From a virus (taxonomy: Duplodnaviria > Caudoviricetes), in the IMG/VR virus record IMGVR_UViG_3300032038_000036, positions 36,727-100,726 of that record: a stretch of 64,000 nt of DNA; one strand, written 5' to 3'. Position numbers and translations under genes: made by a program. The notes under the pieces are model-generated. The model saw only the letters and a program-made list of their open reading frames with translations. It did no database searches and was not told the origin of the DNA. Each line of letters begins with the position of its first letter. Position 1 is the first letter of the stretch. Of the stretch, positions 19,656 to 28,858 are shown in pieces.

Positions 19656-19821
19656 CGCGATAAAACTATAATAAATTCTAAGTAATGCTGTCGAGGTTAG
19701 TCCGAAGGTAACGAAGAAGTGTACACCTGCAACTCAGGAGAGGAAAATTCGCAGAAACATCGGTGAGGGATTTATTTACAATTTGAGTTTTTGATAAGTT
19801 GTTTAAGAAATTGTTTTATAT

Positions 19822-19905
19822 GGTGGTATTCGTCTAGAGGCCGATGACGCCAGATTGTGGTCCTGGTAGCGAGAGCTCACGTTGGTTCGAATCCAACATA
19901 CCACC
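19822..19905 (+). tRNA. tRNA-His(GUG) with long variable arm
   Basis: loop TTGTGGT; G-1/C73; V arm AGC-GAGA-GCT. Confidence 0.8.
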
Positions 19906-20070
19906 CGAATATCTTGAAGGACATACCTGTATATGAACCAGGAGAAGTTACCGTAGGCAACCAATGTGTAGCATCATACAATCAAGGCAAAGCATTAGAG
20001 TTGTACGGGATAGTGAAATGTAAAGGTATCTATCGAGGCTTATGCTTGTGCCAGTCAAACAAGCATCATT

Positions 20071-20157
20071 GGAGGTGTGGCAGAGCGGTCGATTGCACCG
20101 GTCTTGAAAACCGGAGGCCGTGAGAGCGGCCCGTAGGTTCGAATCCTACCGCCTCCG
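20071..20157 (+). tRNA. tRNA-Ser(UGA)
   Basis: canonical class II. Confidence 0.92.
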
Positions 20158-20177
20158 CAATAATATATAGAGAGAAA

Positions 20178-20498
20178 ATGAAAATCGATGAAAAGAGATT
20201 TTTACAAGAAAGCGATAAAACCGGTCGTTTTATTGTAAAATCAAAAATAACAGGAAAGAAATATTTTGTAGAACCTATTGGTAATACACATTCTGCAGAT
20301 TGGGGAGATTTGGATCCTGCAACAAAAAAGATGACTGGATCTTATGGAGAACGATATGAAGGATGTGTACCTGAAAAAGATTCTCTTATAACTGAAGCAA
20401 ACGGATTTGAGAAAATTGAATTGCTTGATGCTGGTGTTTCTCCATTATCAGAAATTGATAGAAGAGATAGAGAATATCAGAAACAGATGGGTTTATAA
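20178..20498 (+). CDS. hypothetical protein
   Basis: 106 aa ORF with typical codon usage. Confidence 0.7.
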   Translation: MKIDEKRFLQESDKTGRFIVKSKITGKKYFVEPIGNTHSADWGDLDPATKKMTGSYGERYEGCVPEKDSLITEANGFEKIELLDAGVSPLSEIDRRDREYQKQMGL

Positions 20499-20534
20499 TT
20501 TTATTTTTAATTACAAATATAATTATATAATAAA

Positions 20535-21650
20535 ATGAAAGACTTATTTGAGTTTTTATCAGATAATATTTATGAAAAGGATATATTCCTTGAGACAGTA
20601 AATATGATTGTTGATGAAACAATTAATGAAAGTTTCCAAGCATCAATATTAACTGAATTAGCAAAGAGAATTAAAGATGCTGAAAAGGAACATGCTGACC
20701 AAGATAAAAAAGAAGAACAAAGATACAAAGAAGAAGGTCGCGGTTATAAGCCAACAAAGACAGCAAAAACTTTCGCATCTATTTTTGGTCCATTAACAGA
20801 AACTCCAAGATGGGGTGACAAGAAAACTGGTATTCGTGGTTTGAAATGGTCAGAAATTAAAGATAGTGATTTCAAACAATATAAAGGTGATGATAAAGAA
20901 TTTGTAAAGTTCTTAAAATCAGTTTATGCAAAGAAAGCAATTGCCGATATGATTGTTTGTGCTCCAGGTACTAAAGATATTGTATGTTTTATTAAAGGAT
21001 ATGCAAAAACTTTAGGAGATGTAAGAGTATATTACTTTGCAACAGAAGGTTGGAAAAAGGGTGTTCAAGAGAAAACTGAAAAGAAATACAAATATGATGT
21101 ACGTTCTTTGAAGGTTAATGAAACACTTGAATTGATTAAAGATTTTGACGTATATGTTCTTGAAGTTACAGAATCAATGATTAAAGATTATGATGAACTT
21201 CATAAAGATCGTACTGATGCTCAAAAAGGTTCAATTGAAATGGACGAAGCAAGTATGAAAACTTTGCTTAAACAACAAAAAGCTCGTTATGATGCAATGG
21301 TTAAAGAAATAAAAGCAAAGAAACTTCAAGATGATCCAAATATTTTATTCAATGACATAAAGAAAGCAAATGATGATGTTGTTGCTTTGTTCCAAAAGGT
21401 AATGTCAAAACCTGAAAATATGGATATGCGTTTTGATTTATCAGATTTAATGAGATATGTTTCTTATGCATATGAACAATTCTACAAATCAATGAAATCT
21501 CTTAGAACTGCTAAACGTAGTGAAGATAGATATGGTAAGGGATATGGGAAATATGATAAAGAACGTTCTGATGAAGAAATTCGTGATGCAAAAGAATATC
21601 TTGAAAAGGTAAACAAAATGGTTAAGGAGATTGAAGACCAATTGAAATAA
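20535..21650 (+). CDS. hypothetical protein, possibly head-packaged
   Basis: 371 aa; N-terminal IYE/INES resembling T4-type prohead protease sites. Confidence 0.7.
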   Translation: MKDLFEFLSDNIYEKDIFLETVNMIVDETINESFQASILTELAKRIKDAEKEHADQDKKEEQRYKEEGRGYKPTKTAKTFASIFGPLTETPRWGDKKTGIRGLKWSEIKDSDFKQYKGDDKEFVKFLKSVYAKKAIADMIVCAPGTKDIVCFIKGYAKTLGDVRVYYFATEGWKKGVQEKTEKKYKYDVRSLKVNETLELIKDFDVYVLEVTESMIKDYDELHKDRTDAQKGSIEMDEASMKTLLKQQKARYDAMVKEIKAKKLQDDPNILFNDIKKANDDVVALFQKVMSKPENMDMRFDLSDLMRYVSYAYEQFYKSMKSLRTAKRSEDRYGKGYGKYDKERSDEEIRDAKEYLEKVNKMVKEIEDQLK

Positions 21651-21890
21651 CCTTAAAGATAATACTATTTATAATTACGGGCAGTCATAGGTTGGTGCAC
21701 AGGCCTATGAATCGAAGCAGCCTGTTAGCTACGGCAGCAGGGGAAATCGTTCGTTCCGTTCCTTAAGTGCGTGGTCTGAGGAATCTATAGAAGCGTTAGT
21801 TAGAGTTGTTGCACCTTTGTATCTTCGGATATGTGCCACATCCTGTAGAGGGCGAGAAACCTCGTTGAAACTCGAAAGAGCCACGTGTAT

Positions 21891-21959
21891 CGGGAGTTAG
21901 CTCAACGATAGAGCCATGGATTTTACTGTGAGACGGTTGTTTAACTCAATCACTCCCGA
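21891..21959 (+). ncRNA. degenerate tRNA-like RNA with 6-nt anticodon loop
   Basis: CGGGAGT/ACTCCCG acceptor; CATGG-ATTTTA-CTGTG; T loop TTTAACT. Confidence 0.55.
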
Positions 21960-21964
21960 CAAAA

Positions 21965-22025
21965 TTGGTTACGCAGTAAATGGTACATGTATGCTAGCTA
22001 TTTGGTTCGATTCCAACGTAACCAA
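21965..22025 (+). ncRNA. anticodon-less tRNA-like RNA
   Basis: TTGGTTACG/CGTAACCAA stem plus T arm. Confidence 0.55.
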
Positions 22026-22216
22026 CTAATAATTTGGATGCCTGCATTATCTTTTTTGACGGGTGAAAGCAGATGGAAGATAAAAACCAGCTCGGCCATT
22101 AAACAACAGAATGTGTCCAAATAAATAATAGGTTGAATAATGACGTAACCTTAATCGTGATGGTCATTCGTGTGGTTCGGTGCCTAAGACTGCGTTAATG
22201 GAACAAGGACACTTAT

Positions 22217-22291
22217 GGGTCGGTGGCGCAAATGGTAAGACGCGCTTGCCTTAGAAGCAAGATCTTGGGGGTTCGACTCCCCCTCGGCCTA
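22217..22291 (+). tRNA. tRNA-Leu(UAG) with short variable loop
   Basis: CTTGC-CTTAGAA-GCAAG. Confidence 0.8.
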
Positions 22292-22420
22292 CGCCTAATA
22301 GAATACTTGGGAGACTAAGAAAGGAAACGTAATAAAGATACATAAGGCCTTTGTTGATTTATTACAGACTCATCGCAAGATTTTCCTGGAGTCGGCAGTG
22401 GAATACCAAGAGGCAGATCT

Positions 22421-22496
22421 AGGAGCATAGCTCAGCTGGTTCAGTAGCGTCAGTCTTACAAACTGAAGGTCATGGGTTCGATCCCCATTGCTCCTA
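22421..22496 (+). tRNA. tRNA-Val(UAC)
   Basis: TCAGT-CTTACAA-ACTGA. Confidence 0.9.
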
Positions 22497-22743
22497 CGAA
22501 TACGATACCGCGTTTATGGGTAAGTTTATCCGGTTAAAATAAAACCACCTTATAACTCATTATTCAATGACTTGGTGATAGGAACTTATCGTTACCTATG
22601 AAAAAAGGAAATCATCAAGCTGAAAGAGATAGTATAACGACCTTGTCATGGCAACGTTATACATTTTTAGTAAGACCAGTTATGTGGGTATTTGTATGTC
22701 GCGAAGTACAAATATTCATTGGTTAGAATAATTGAGTGTTTAT

Positions 22744-22822
22744 GCGGCTGTGGCGCAATTGGTCGACGCAGCGGTCTAAGAAGCCGTCCTTCGGGGTATG
22801 GGTTCGAGTCCCATCAGCCGCA
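22744..22822 (+). tRNA. tRNA-Leu(AAG)
   Basis: loop CTAAGAA. Confidence 0.85.
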
Positions 22823-22970
22823 CAAAGAGATACTAAGAGGTTTACTCAATGATGTATTCAAAGTACAAGGATATTAGAGTATGGGATAGCGGGCGCTAAC
22901 AGTGTGATACAGAACTTCGCACACTTAGTAACAACATAGGCGAGTGTACAGTAACTTATGGCTCTTAAAT

Positions 22971-23058
22971 ACCTTCTTGGTGGAAATGGTAGACACGCCA
23001 GTCTAAGAAACTGGTCCGAAGTAACAGTAGGGTGCGGGTTCAAATCCCGTGGGAGGTA
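22971..23058 (+). tRNA. tRNA-Leu(AAG)
   Basis: CCAGT-CTAAGAA-ACTGG. Confidence 0.88.
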
Positions 23059-23062
23059 CAAA

Positions 23063-23128
23063 TAGAACTTATCCGGTGAATGCGCGCGGGATGAGAATAC
23101 TAGGAGGGTTCGACTCCCTCAGTTCTAT
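23063..23128 (+). ncRNA. tRNA-like RNA: acceptor + T arm, no canonical anticodon arm
   Basis: TAGAACT/AGTTCTA; GAGGG-TTCGACT-CCCTC. Confidence 0.55.
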
Positions 23129-23160
23129 TTATATAATAAATTAATATAATAGAGAGAAAA

Positions 23161-23409
23161 ATGATTACTCATGATTTAAAGACAATTGTAAAAGGTTCTG
23201 CCGTTCTTGATTGTGTAAAGGCAGGTGGTATTGCTGTTTATCATATAACAGTAGAAGATGGTACAATTTATTCACTTGATATTGATTTGTCTGATAAGCA
23301 TGATGTTGGAGAAACTGCTACATTTATGTCTCATTATGATAAAGCTTTAATATTGATGAGATGGATAAGACGTGCAATTGATAATGAAGAATTGTATAAG
23401 ATAAACTAA
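23161..23409 (+). CDS. hypothetical protein
   Basis: 82 aa; same AGAGAGAAAATG start context as 20178. Confidence 0.7.
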   Translation: MITHDLKTIVKGSAVLDCVKAGGIAVYHITVEDGTIYSLDIDLSDKHDVGETATFMSHYDKALILMRWIRRAIDNEELYKIN

Positions 23410-23537
23410 TTTGTTGTATCAATATATTTTTATACGAGGATAGGCTTTAATGCCTGCGGCTTGAACCGCTGCTGTCCGATTTATAACGGCTAACGAGATT
23501 TAATCTCCGTGAGAACAAATGGATCCTCGTTTTTAAT

Positions 23538-23616
23538 GGCCCGATGGCGGAATTGGTCTACGCAGCTGTCTCAAAAGCAGTGCTTCGGCGTCTGGGTTCG
23601 AATCCCAGTTGGGCTA
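23538..23616 (+). tRNA. tRNA-Leu(CAA)
   Basis: loop CTCAAAA. Confidence 0.9.
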
Positions 23617-23753
23617 CTCGCAATTGACATTACTTATGTAATTAGAATGATTTGGAGAAAAAAATTTCTAAATCATTCATTTTTTGTGAAAATATTTTGT
23701 CCATAAGACTATTTTATATTTATTATTAATTAAATTAAAAGAAAATATCGCAA

Positions 23754-23864
23754 ATGCAATTAGTCAATACATATAAACAAATATTAGACCAAACATTAGA
23801 TAATGCTTGGAATAAGGATTATGCGTTAAATTTTGACCACTTGCAGAATGATATGGAAGGATAA
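23754..23864 (+). CDS. 36 aa leader peptide MQLVNTYKQILDQTLDNAWNKDYALNFDHLQNDMEG
   Basis: short ORF containing antiterminator strand GACCACTTGCAG. Confidence 0.6.
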   Translation: MQLVNTYKQILDQTLDNAWNKDYALNFDHLQNDMEG

Positions 23865-23895
23865 TAAGAATATAACTATAAAATGATATAGCTGC

Positions 23896-23932
23896 AAGTG
23901 GTTAGGTGAAAAACTTAACCACTTATTTTTTT
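23896..23932 (+). terminator. intrinsic terminator of attenuator 2
   Basis: AAGTGGTTAGGT-GAAAA-ACTTAACCACTT-ATTTTTTT. Confidence 0.8.
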
Positions 23933-23963
23933 GTAAAAATTTCTAAAATATTTTCATAAATAA

Positions 23964-24001
23964 TTTGAAATTAAAACAGAAGATACTATATTATAATTGT
24001 A
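23964..24001 (+). promoter_or_regulatory. putative promoter of tRNA block 2
   Basis: TTTGAAAT...TACTATATTATAATTG. Confidence 0.5.
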
Positions 24002-24312
24002 ACAAAATTAAATATTATTTAATAACAAATATTATTTGATTTTTAGTTCTTTGAAATATTGAACTCAAGAGAAATAAAATCCACTGGGTTATTGAAGAAT
24101 AGGTTCAATTCCGATTCTATAACGTAGTCAGCCGGTACTCCTAAATAGGCAAAAGGAGCAATAATTCAGTAAAGGTACAAAGGTACTATATATGAGGGAT
24201 TGAAAATTTCCATGGGAATTTGAAAATCAGGGTAAAGTGACCCACCACATGTAGAGCAAGGATTCGCACTTAAATGAACATTATAGAAGAATAGTACTGG
24301 ATTTTTATAAAT

Positions 24313-24383
24313 TGGATCATGGTGTAATGGTAACACGCAAGATTTTGGTCCTTGCGTTCTGGGTTCGAGCCCCGGTGATCCAA
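24313..24383 (+). tRNA. tRNA-Gln(UUG)
   Basis: loop TTTTGGT. Confidence 0.88.
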
Positions 24384-24425
24384 CAAATTGATGTAGAAAT
24401 TTTTTTGAAATTTTTCTTACAAAAG

Positions 24426-24527
24426 TTTGAAATATTGAAATTAAGTTCTATATTAATATTGTAATTTTCAAATAATATTTAGAAAAATGTTATTTGATTA
24501 TTTACACTTGAGATCTTTGACATATTG
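24426..24527 (+). promoter_or_regulatory. promoter plus boxA-like leader
   Basis: TTTGAAAT...CTATATTAATATTG then AGATCTTTGACATATTG. Confidence 0.55.
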
Positions 24528-24806
24528 GTACAACAAAATAAATTTAATAAGGATCCTCTGAGATGGGTGCCCTAAGGTAGAAGCTTGAGGATTGAAATGG
24601 ATAATGTTTTATGCAACATCAAAAGCAGCTGTTTATTCAGCGGCGCCCGTGGGTATTAATCCCGATGAAAATATCGCCTTATTAAAACAAAAAACTGATT
24701 TGGAAGAGGAGTGGTGGAAAACCCCTTTCAATGGGATGCCAAGCAACCCAGCGAAATAGTTCAGTAAATATATGTAGTAATACAAACAGAATTTCCTTAT
24801 CATTCT

Positions 24807-24879
24807 GGTCTTATAATTTTAATGGTTAGAATACCTGATTAGTAATCAGGATGTTTGAGTTCGAATCTCAATGGGACCT
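24807..24879 (+). tRNA. tRNA-Thr(AGU)
   Basis: CCTGA-TTAGTAA-TCAGG. Confidence 0.85.
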
Positions 24880-25021
24880 CAATATGAATGCCTTCGATGT
24901 AAATTGGAAGATTATTTAATAAGTTGGAATAACATTCATAATTTAGGCCGAGAGAATACCACAGGAGCAGATTGAAATAAGTATTAGCTGATGTGGAACA
25001 ATATTCTTGATGACGCCATTT

Positions 25022-25095
25022 GCTCTGTTAGCTTTAATTGGTAGAGCGCCGCACTTGTAATGCGGATGTTATCGGTTCGAGTCCGGTACGGAGCT
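25022..25095 (+). tRNA. tRNA-Thr(UGU)
   Basis: CCGCA-CTTGTAA-TGCGG. Confidence 0.9.
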
Positions 25096-25152
25096 CCCGA
25101 AAGTACGATAGGTTTCAGGAATTTTCCCATCGTACTAAAAAATTCCAAATTT

Positions 25153-25226
25153 GGGCTTGCATGTACCAAGGCTGGCGAGGTTCCCTTGCAAGGAACTTGT
25201 GGAGAGTTCGATTCTCTTCGGGTCCA
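25153..25226 (+). tRNA. tRNA-Ala(UGC)
   Basis: GTTCC-CTTGCAA-GGAAC; G3.U70. Confidence 0.8.
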
Positions 25227-25378
25227 CAAATACAAAACTTCTATAAAGGAAATTTACTTAAGCTGCAGATTTTGTAAAAAGTATGTTATAGATGCGTCCG
25301 TTAGAAGTAATTTGATAGTTCATTTCCCTATGAAGGTTAAGGAGTCGGTAGAAGTAGAATCCGGCGCGGACATTTTTT

Positions 25379-25450
25379 GCTCCTGTAGCTCAGTGGTAGA
25401 GCAGTAGACTGTTAATCTATTGGTCGTGGGTTCAATCCCCTCCGGGAGCG
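25379..25450 (+). tRNA. tRNA-Asn(GUU)
   Basis: loop CTGTTAA. Confidence 0.9.
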
Positions 25451-25558
25451 CGAACATGGCGAAACATATCCAGTAACTATAGGTGAACAGAAAGGTGAAC
25501 AGCAAATAACCGAGTATGACTGGTGAATTTCACAAATCATGAATGATGCTGCATTCAT

Positions 25559-25684
25559 TTGTTTTTAGTTTAATTTGGATAAAACACCCGGATGAAACCG
25601 GGAGATGTAAAGAGCTGCTTAATTAGGCCTGATTGCAATGAGGAAACCGGTTAAGTTAGTTGGGTTCGAATCCCACAAAATAGC
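25559..25684 (+). ncRNA. tRNA-like RNA with ~50-nt insert at the T stem and 6-nt anticodon loop
   Basis: D arm GTTT/AAAC; CCCGG-ATGAAA-CCGGG; TGGG-TTCGAAT-CCCA. Confidence 0.55.
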
Positions 25685-25698
25685 AAATTAATAAAATT

Positions 25699-25772
25699 GG
25701 GGATATAGCTATAATGGTCAGAGCGGCGGCCTGTTAAGCCGATGGTTGTGGGTTCGAATCCCTCTGTCCCCG
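25699..25772 (+). tRNA. tRNA-Asn(GUU)
   Basis: loop CTGTTAA. Confidence 0.88.
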
Positions 25773-25858
25773 CTAGTGGTTTGAACTTGAATTAACAAGC
25801 GAAAGGATAAAAGCTTTCACACGAATATAAATCCGAAAATGCTAAATTATCCAATGAT

Positions 25859-25947
25859 GGCGCGATGATGGAATTGGTAGACATAGCAGACTTAAAATCT
25901 GCTGGGCCGTAAGGTCCGTGCGGGTTCGAGTCCCGCTCGCGCTACCA
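25859..25947 (+). tRNA. tRNA-Leu(UAA)
   Basis: GCAGA-CTTAAAA-TCTGC, CCA. Confidence 0.92.
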
Positions 25948-26073
25948 ATAATATGAGTGTGGAAATAACTTGTAACTCAAGTAGAGAGTTTCCAGTAAAT
26001 GGGTGGCGAGAAGAGTAAAGAGCTTACAATTTAGCCATATTATTATTTTGGATCACTTAGGTGACAGATATTT

Positions 26074-26148
26074 GGTCCATTGGTATAACGGTTAGAATAT
26101 GTGACTGTCGATCACAAGATGAGGGTTCGACTCCCTCATGGACCGCCA
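26074..26148 (+). tRNA. tRNA-Asp(GUC)
   Basis: TGTGA-CTGTCGA-TCACA, CCA. Confidence 0.9.
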
Positions 26149-26169
26149 AATAACTAAGTGATATATTTT

Positions 26170-26243
26170 GGTGGCGTGGTTTGAATGGTTACAATGCCGG
26201 ACTGTCAATCCGTGTGGTGGGGGTTCGAATCCCCTCGTCACCG
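26170..26243 (+). tRNA. tRNA-Asp(GUC)
   Basis: loop CTGTCAA. Confidence 0.85.
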
Positions 26244-26409
26244 CAAATAGAAAATAATAACTTATAAATATAAATTAAAAACATATGAAAACAATGAAAC
26301 GAAAACGTTAGTTGTGTATGTTTCCTGAGAGAAATTGGTATTATGTTTTAACCAAAAGAAGCATGCACATAAAATCAAAATCAAAAACAAATGAATTTAT
26401 TATGTGTAT

Positions 26410-26486
26410 GCCCTCTTAGCTGAGTTGGTTAAAGCTGCGGCCTTTTAAGCCGAGGATCCAGGGTTCGAGTCCCTGAGGGGGTACCA
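26410..26486 (+). tRNA. tRNA-Lys(UUU)
   Basis: loop CTTTTAA, CCA. Confidence 0.9.
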
Positions 26487-26489
26487 TTT

Positions 26490-26564
26490 GCTCTCATGGC
26501 GTTAATTGGTTAGCGTACCAGACTTTTAATCTGCGAGGTCAGGGTTCGAATCCCTGTGGGAGCA
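26490..26564 (+). tRNA. tRNA-Lys(UUU)
   Basis: loop CTTTTAA. Confidence 0.88.
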
Positions 26565-26578
26565 CAATTATAAATTAT

Positions 26579-26652
26579 GCCTCTGTAGCTGAGCTGGTTA
26601 AAGCTGCGGCCTCTTAAGCCGAGGATCGTGGGTTCGAATCCCACCGGAGGTA
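26579..26652 (+). tRNA. tRNA-Lys(CUU)
   Basis: loop CTCTTAA. Confidence 0.9.
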
Positions 26653-26678
26653 CACAACGGTTTCATATTGTTTAATAT

Positions 26679-26765
26679 GGCTCCGTGGCGAAATTGGTAG
26701 TACGCATCAGACTTAAAATCTGAGGTCCAGAAATGGGCGTGTGGGTTCGACTCCCACCGGGGCTA
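26679..26765 (+). tRNA. tRNA-Leu(UAA)
   Basis: TCAGA-CTTAAAA-TCTGA. Confidence 0.92.
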
Positions 26766-26932
26766 CAAATTAAATTTGGATGTGACTGCAGCAATATATA
26801 TAAAATTCATATTTAAGTGGAAGCTGTCACGGCTGCTTACCTGATATAAAGTAAGTAATAAATGTGTAAATGTTGACTTGCCTTAAGAAAGCAAATGTCA
26901 AATCCACTCGGTGAATTAATATGAATTTCCTT

Positions 26933-27005
26933 GGGGAGGTCGTTTAGTGGTCCAGGACAGTAGGCTTACATCCTACCAACCAGAGTTCGATTCTCTGCCG
27001 CCCCA
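26933..27005 (+). tRNA. tRNA-Val(UAC)
   Basis: GTAGG-CTTACAT-CCTAC. Confidence 0.82.
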
Positions 27006-27224
27006 CTCTTGCATGCCGTGCAAAAATTCATGGAGAAGTTAAATGGCTAAAGGTTGTTCTTTGAAGTATTAATGCGTACGACAATTATGGAGAAGATATT
27101 CATGAATCTTATTAGTGATTAGATAAGTTGATAATGGCGTAATTAACCATTTGATGATATTCTTTTTGGTAATAAGTTTAACACAGCTCCAATACAGTTC
27201 TCGATAATCTGGGAAATCGAAGTT

Positions 27225-27297
27225 GGTCCGTTGGTTGAACGGTAACAATGCCGGCTTGTCACGCCGTGTGGTACGGGTTCGATTCCCGTACGGACCG
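27225..27297 (+). tRNA. tRNA-Asp(GUC)
   Basis: loop TTGTCAC. Confidence 0.85.
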
Positions 27298-27393
27298 CGA
27301 ACATGGCTCATTTAGGGTATTCTGAATAAATGGCTGCAACTGTTTTGAAAGTTACCTATTAAATGAACAAATCGTTTCAATTGCAGTTGAAAC

Positions 27394-27479
27394 TTATGTT
27401 TAGTGTATGGGTTGCATGCTGGCGGCAAACAGTACGGCTGTTACCGCCGGAGGATAAGGTTCGAATCCTTGAGCATAGC
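27394..27479 (+). ncRNA. tRNA-like RNA with elongated anticodon arm
   Basis: CTGGCGG-CA-AACAG-TACGG-CTGTT-A-CCGCCGG plus T arm. Confidence 0.55.
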
Positions 27480-27752
27480 TATTTGTTGTATTGCAGGTAA
27501 CAATATAACAAATTATATGGGAAGAAATGGAGATAGTTTGGTTAAGTCGGTTTGTTGAAAATAGATTTAACACGGGCTGTTGAGACGATATAATTCTCAA
27601 CAGTAACAAGGAACAGATCCGAGCCTTTTAAATTCGGACAGCGATAAGTTGTGGCTTATCAGTGGTTGAATCTAAACTTATACCACGCATGAAACACTGC
27701 TAAATACGTTTAGCCGGTTCGTGGAAATTCCGGTTTTAATTTCCACCTTTTT

Positions 27753-27837
27753 GGGGTGGCTGCTCTGATGGTGGAAGGGCGGCGGACTGTAAATCCGTTA
27801 CTATGAAACACAGGGGGTTCGAATCCCTCCCACCCCA
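27753..27837 (+). tRNA. tRNA-Tyr(GUA)
   Basis: GCGGA-CTGTAAA-TCCGT. Confidence 0.88.
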
Positions 27838-27908
27838 CTGGCATCAGAACTGAGGTTCGAATCCTCAGAGAAGTAGTACTACTTAGTTTAGAAATGGTTA
27901 AAACAGTG
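27838..27908 (+). ncRNA. circularly permuted tRNA-like RNA
   Basis: T arm TGAGG/CCTCA, AAGTAG/CTACTT hairpin, D arm GTTT-AGAAATGGTTA-AAAC. Confidence 0.55.
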
Positions 27909-28004
27909 TAAGTCCGAGTTTTATTAATAAATTTAAAAGTTAAGAGTTATGAAGGAAGCAGTATTTTATTGCGGTATAGATGACTCAGAAGCATTCTATA
28001 CCAA

Positions 28005-28098
28005 GCCTGAGTAACGGCACCGGTCTGTAAAACCGATCTGCATCAACAAATTGTCGTAGTGGGCTCGCAGTAAGTAGGTTCGAATCCTACCTCAGGCA
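28005..28098 (+). tRNA. D-armless tRNA-Tyr(GUA)-like RNA with long variable arm
   Basis: GCCTGAG/CTCAGGC; CGGT-CTGTAAA-ACCG. Confidence 0.6.
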
Positions 28099-28111
28099 CA
28101 ATTCTTAACAA

Positions 28112-28248
28112 TGCCGGTTTATCACAGTATATTGGTAACTGTAGCCGCCCCGTACAGGCGGGTTCAACCAATCGAAAGTATATAGCTCGAGACAATATAT
28201 ATGAATAGAAGTTGAATATGTGAATAGGTTCGATTCCCACGATGGCAC
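28112..28248 (+). tRNA. aberrant tRNA-Tyr(GUA)-like RNA with ~55-nt variable insert
   Basis: CCGCC-CCGTACA-GGCGG; TTCAAC...GTTGAA arm; bulged T stem. Confidence 0.5.
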
Positions 28249-28364
28249 AATGGTTTATAATAATTAATCGAATTAATCTTGGAGGTAAAATCTCGCTCCT
28301 TACGATGAAGCGTTTTTATTTCGGTAAAATTCCGATATGGGAGTTAAATAGATTAAAGAGATTT

Positions 28365-28437
28365 GCGCTCTTAGCTCAGTTGGCAGAGCAACGGGCTTTT
28401 AATCCGTGGGTCCTGGGTTCGAGTCCCAGAGGGCGTA
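28365..28437 (+). tRNA. tRNA-Lys(UUU)
   Basis: loop CTTTTAA. Confidence 0.9.
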
Positions 28438-28443
28438 CAATTT

Positions 28444-28515
28444 GCCTCTATGGCAGAAGGGTTCATGCACCGGACTCTTAATCCGGCTATTAGGGTTCGA
28501 GTCCCTATGGAGGTA
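28444..28515 (+). tRNA. tRNA-Lys(CUU)
   Basis: CCGGA-CTCTTAA-TCCGG. Confidence 0.88.
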
Positions 28516-28521
28516 CAATAT

Positions 28522-28596
28522 CGCGGAAGCAGTGTGGTGGTCGCATACAAGGCTCATAACCTTAGTGGTGGAGTTCAATTCTCACTTCCGCAACCA
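28522..28596 (+). tRNA. initiator-like tRNA-Met(CAU)
   Basis: C1:A72 mismatch, loop CTCATAA, CCA. Confidence 0.75.
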
Positions 28597-28785
28597 ATTA
28601 TATTCTATCAGGTCGGAGTGCAGAGAAGTACTAATTAGTAAATTAGTAGGTATGACGAACATTAGGAAAATCCGGCACGTAGGTGGTACAGAATTATGGG
28701 AAGTTGCAAATTCGCTATAATTTCCGAGGCCGTAGGATGCGTTTAGGCGGTCATACGTTGGAAGGCGCAGGTGGGTAGAATATAT

Positions 28786-28858
28786 GGGGAGATAGTGTAA
28801 CGGTCAGCACGGGAGTCTTATACACTCGATAGTCTGGGTTCAAATCCCGGTCTCCCTA
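28786..28858 (+). tRNA. tRNA-Ile(UAU)
   Basis: GAGT-CTTATAC-ACTC. Confidence 0.8.

Noticed and set aside
23434-23529. tRNA at CGAGGAT...ATCCTCG
   Set aside because: Closing stem present but D and T consensus too degraded to call.
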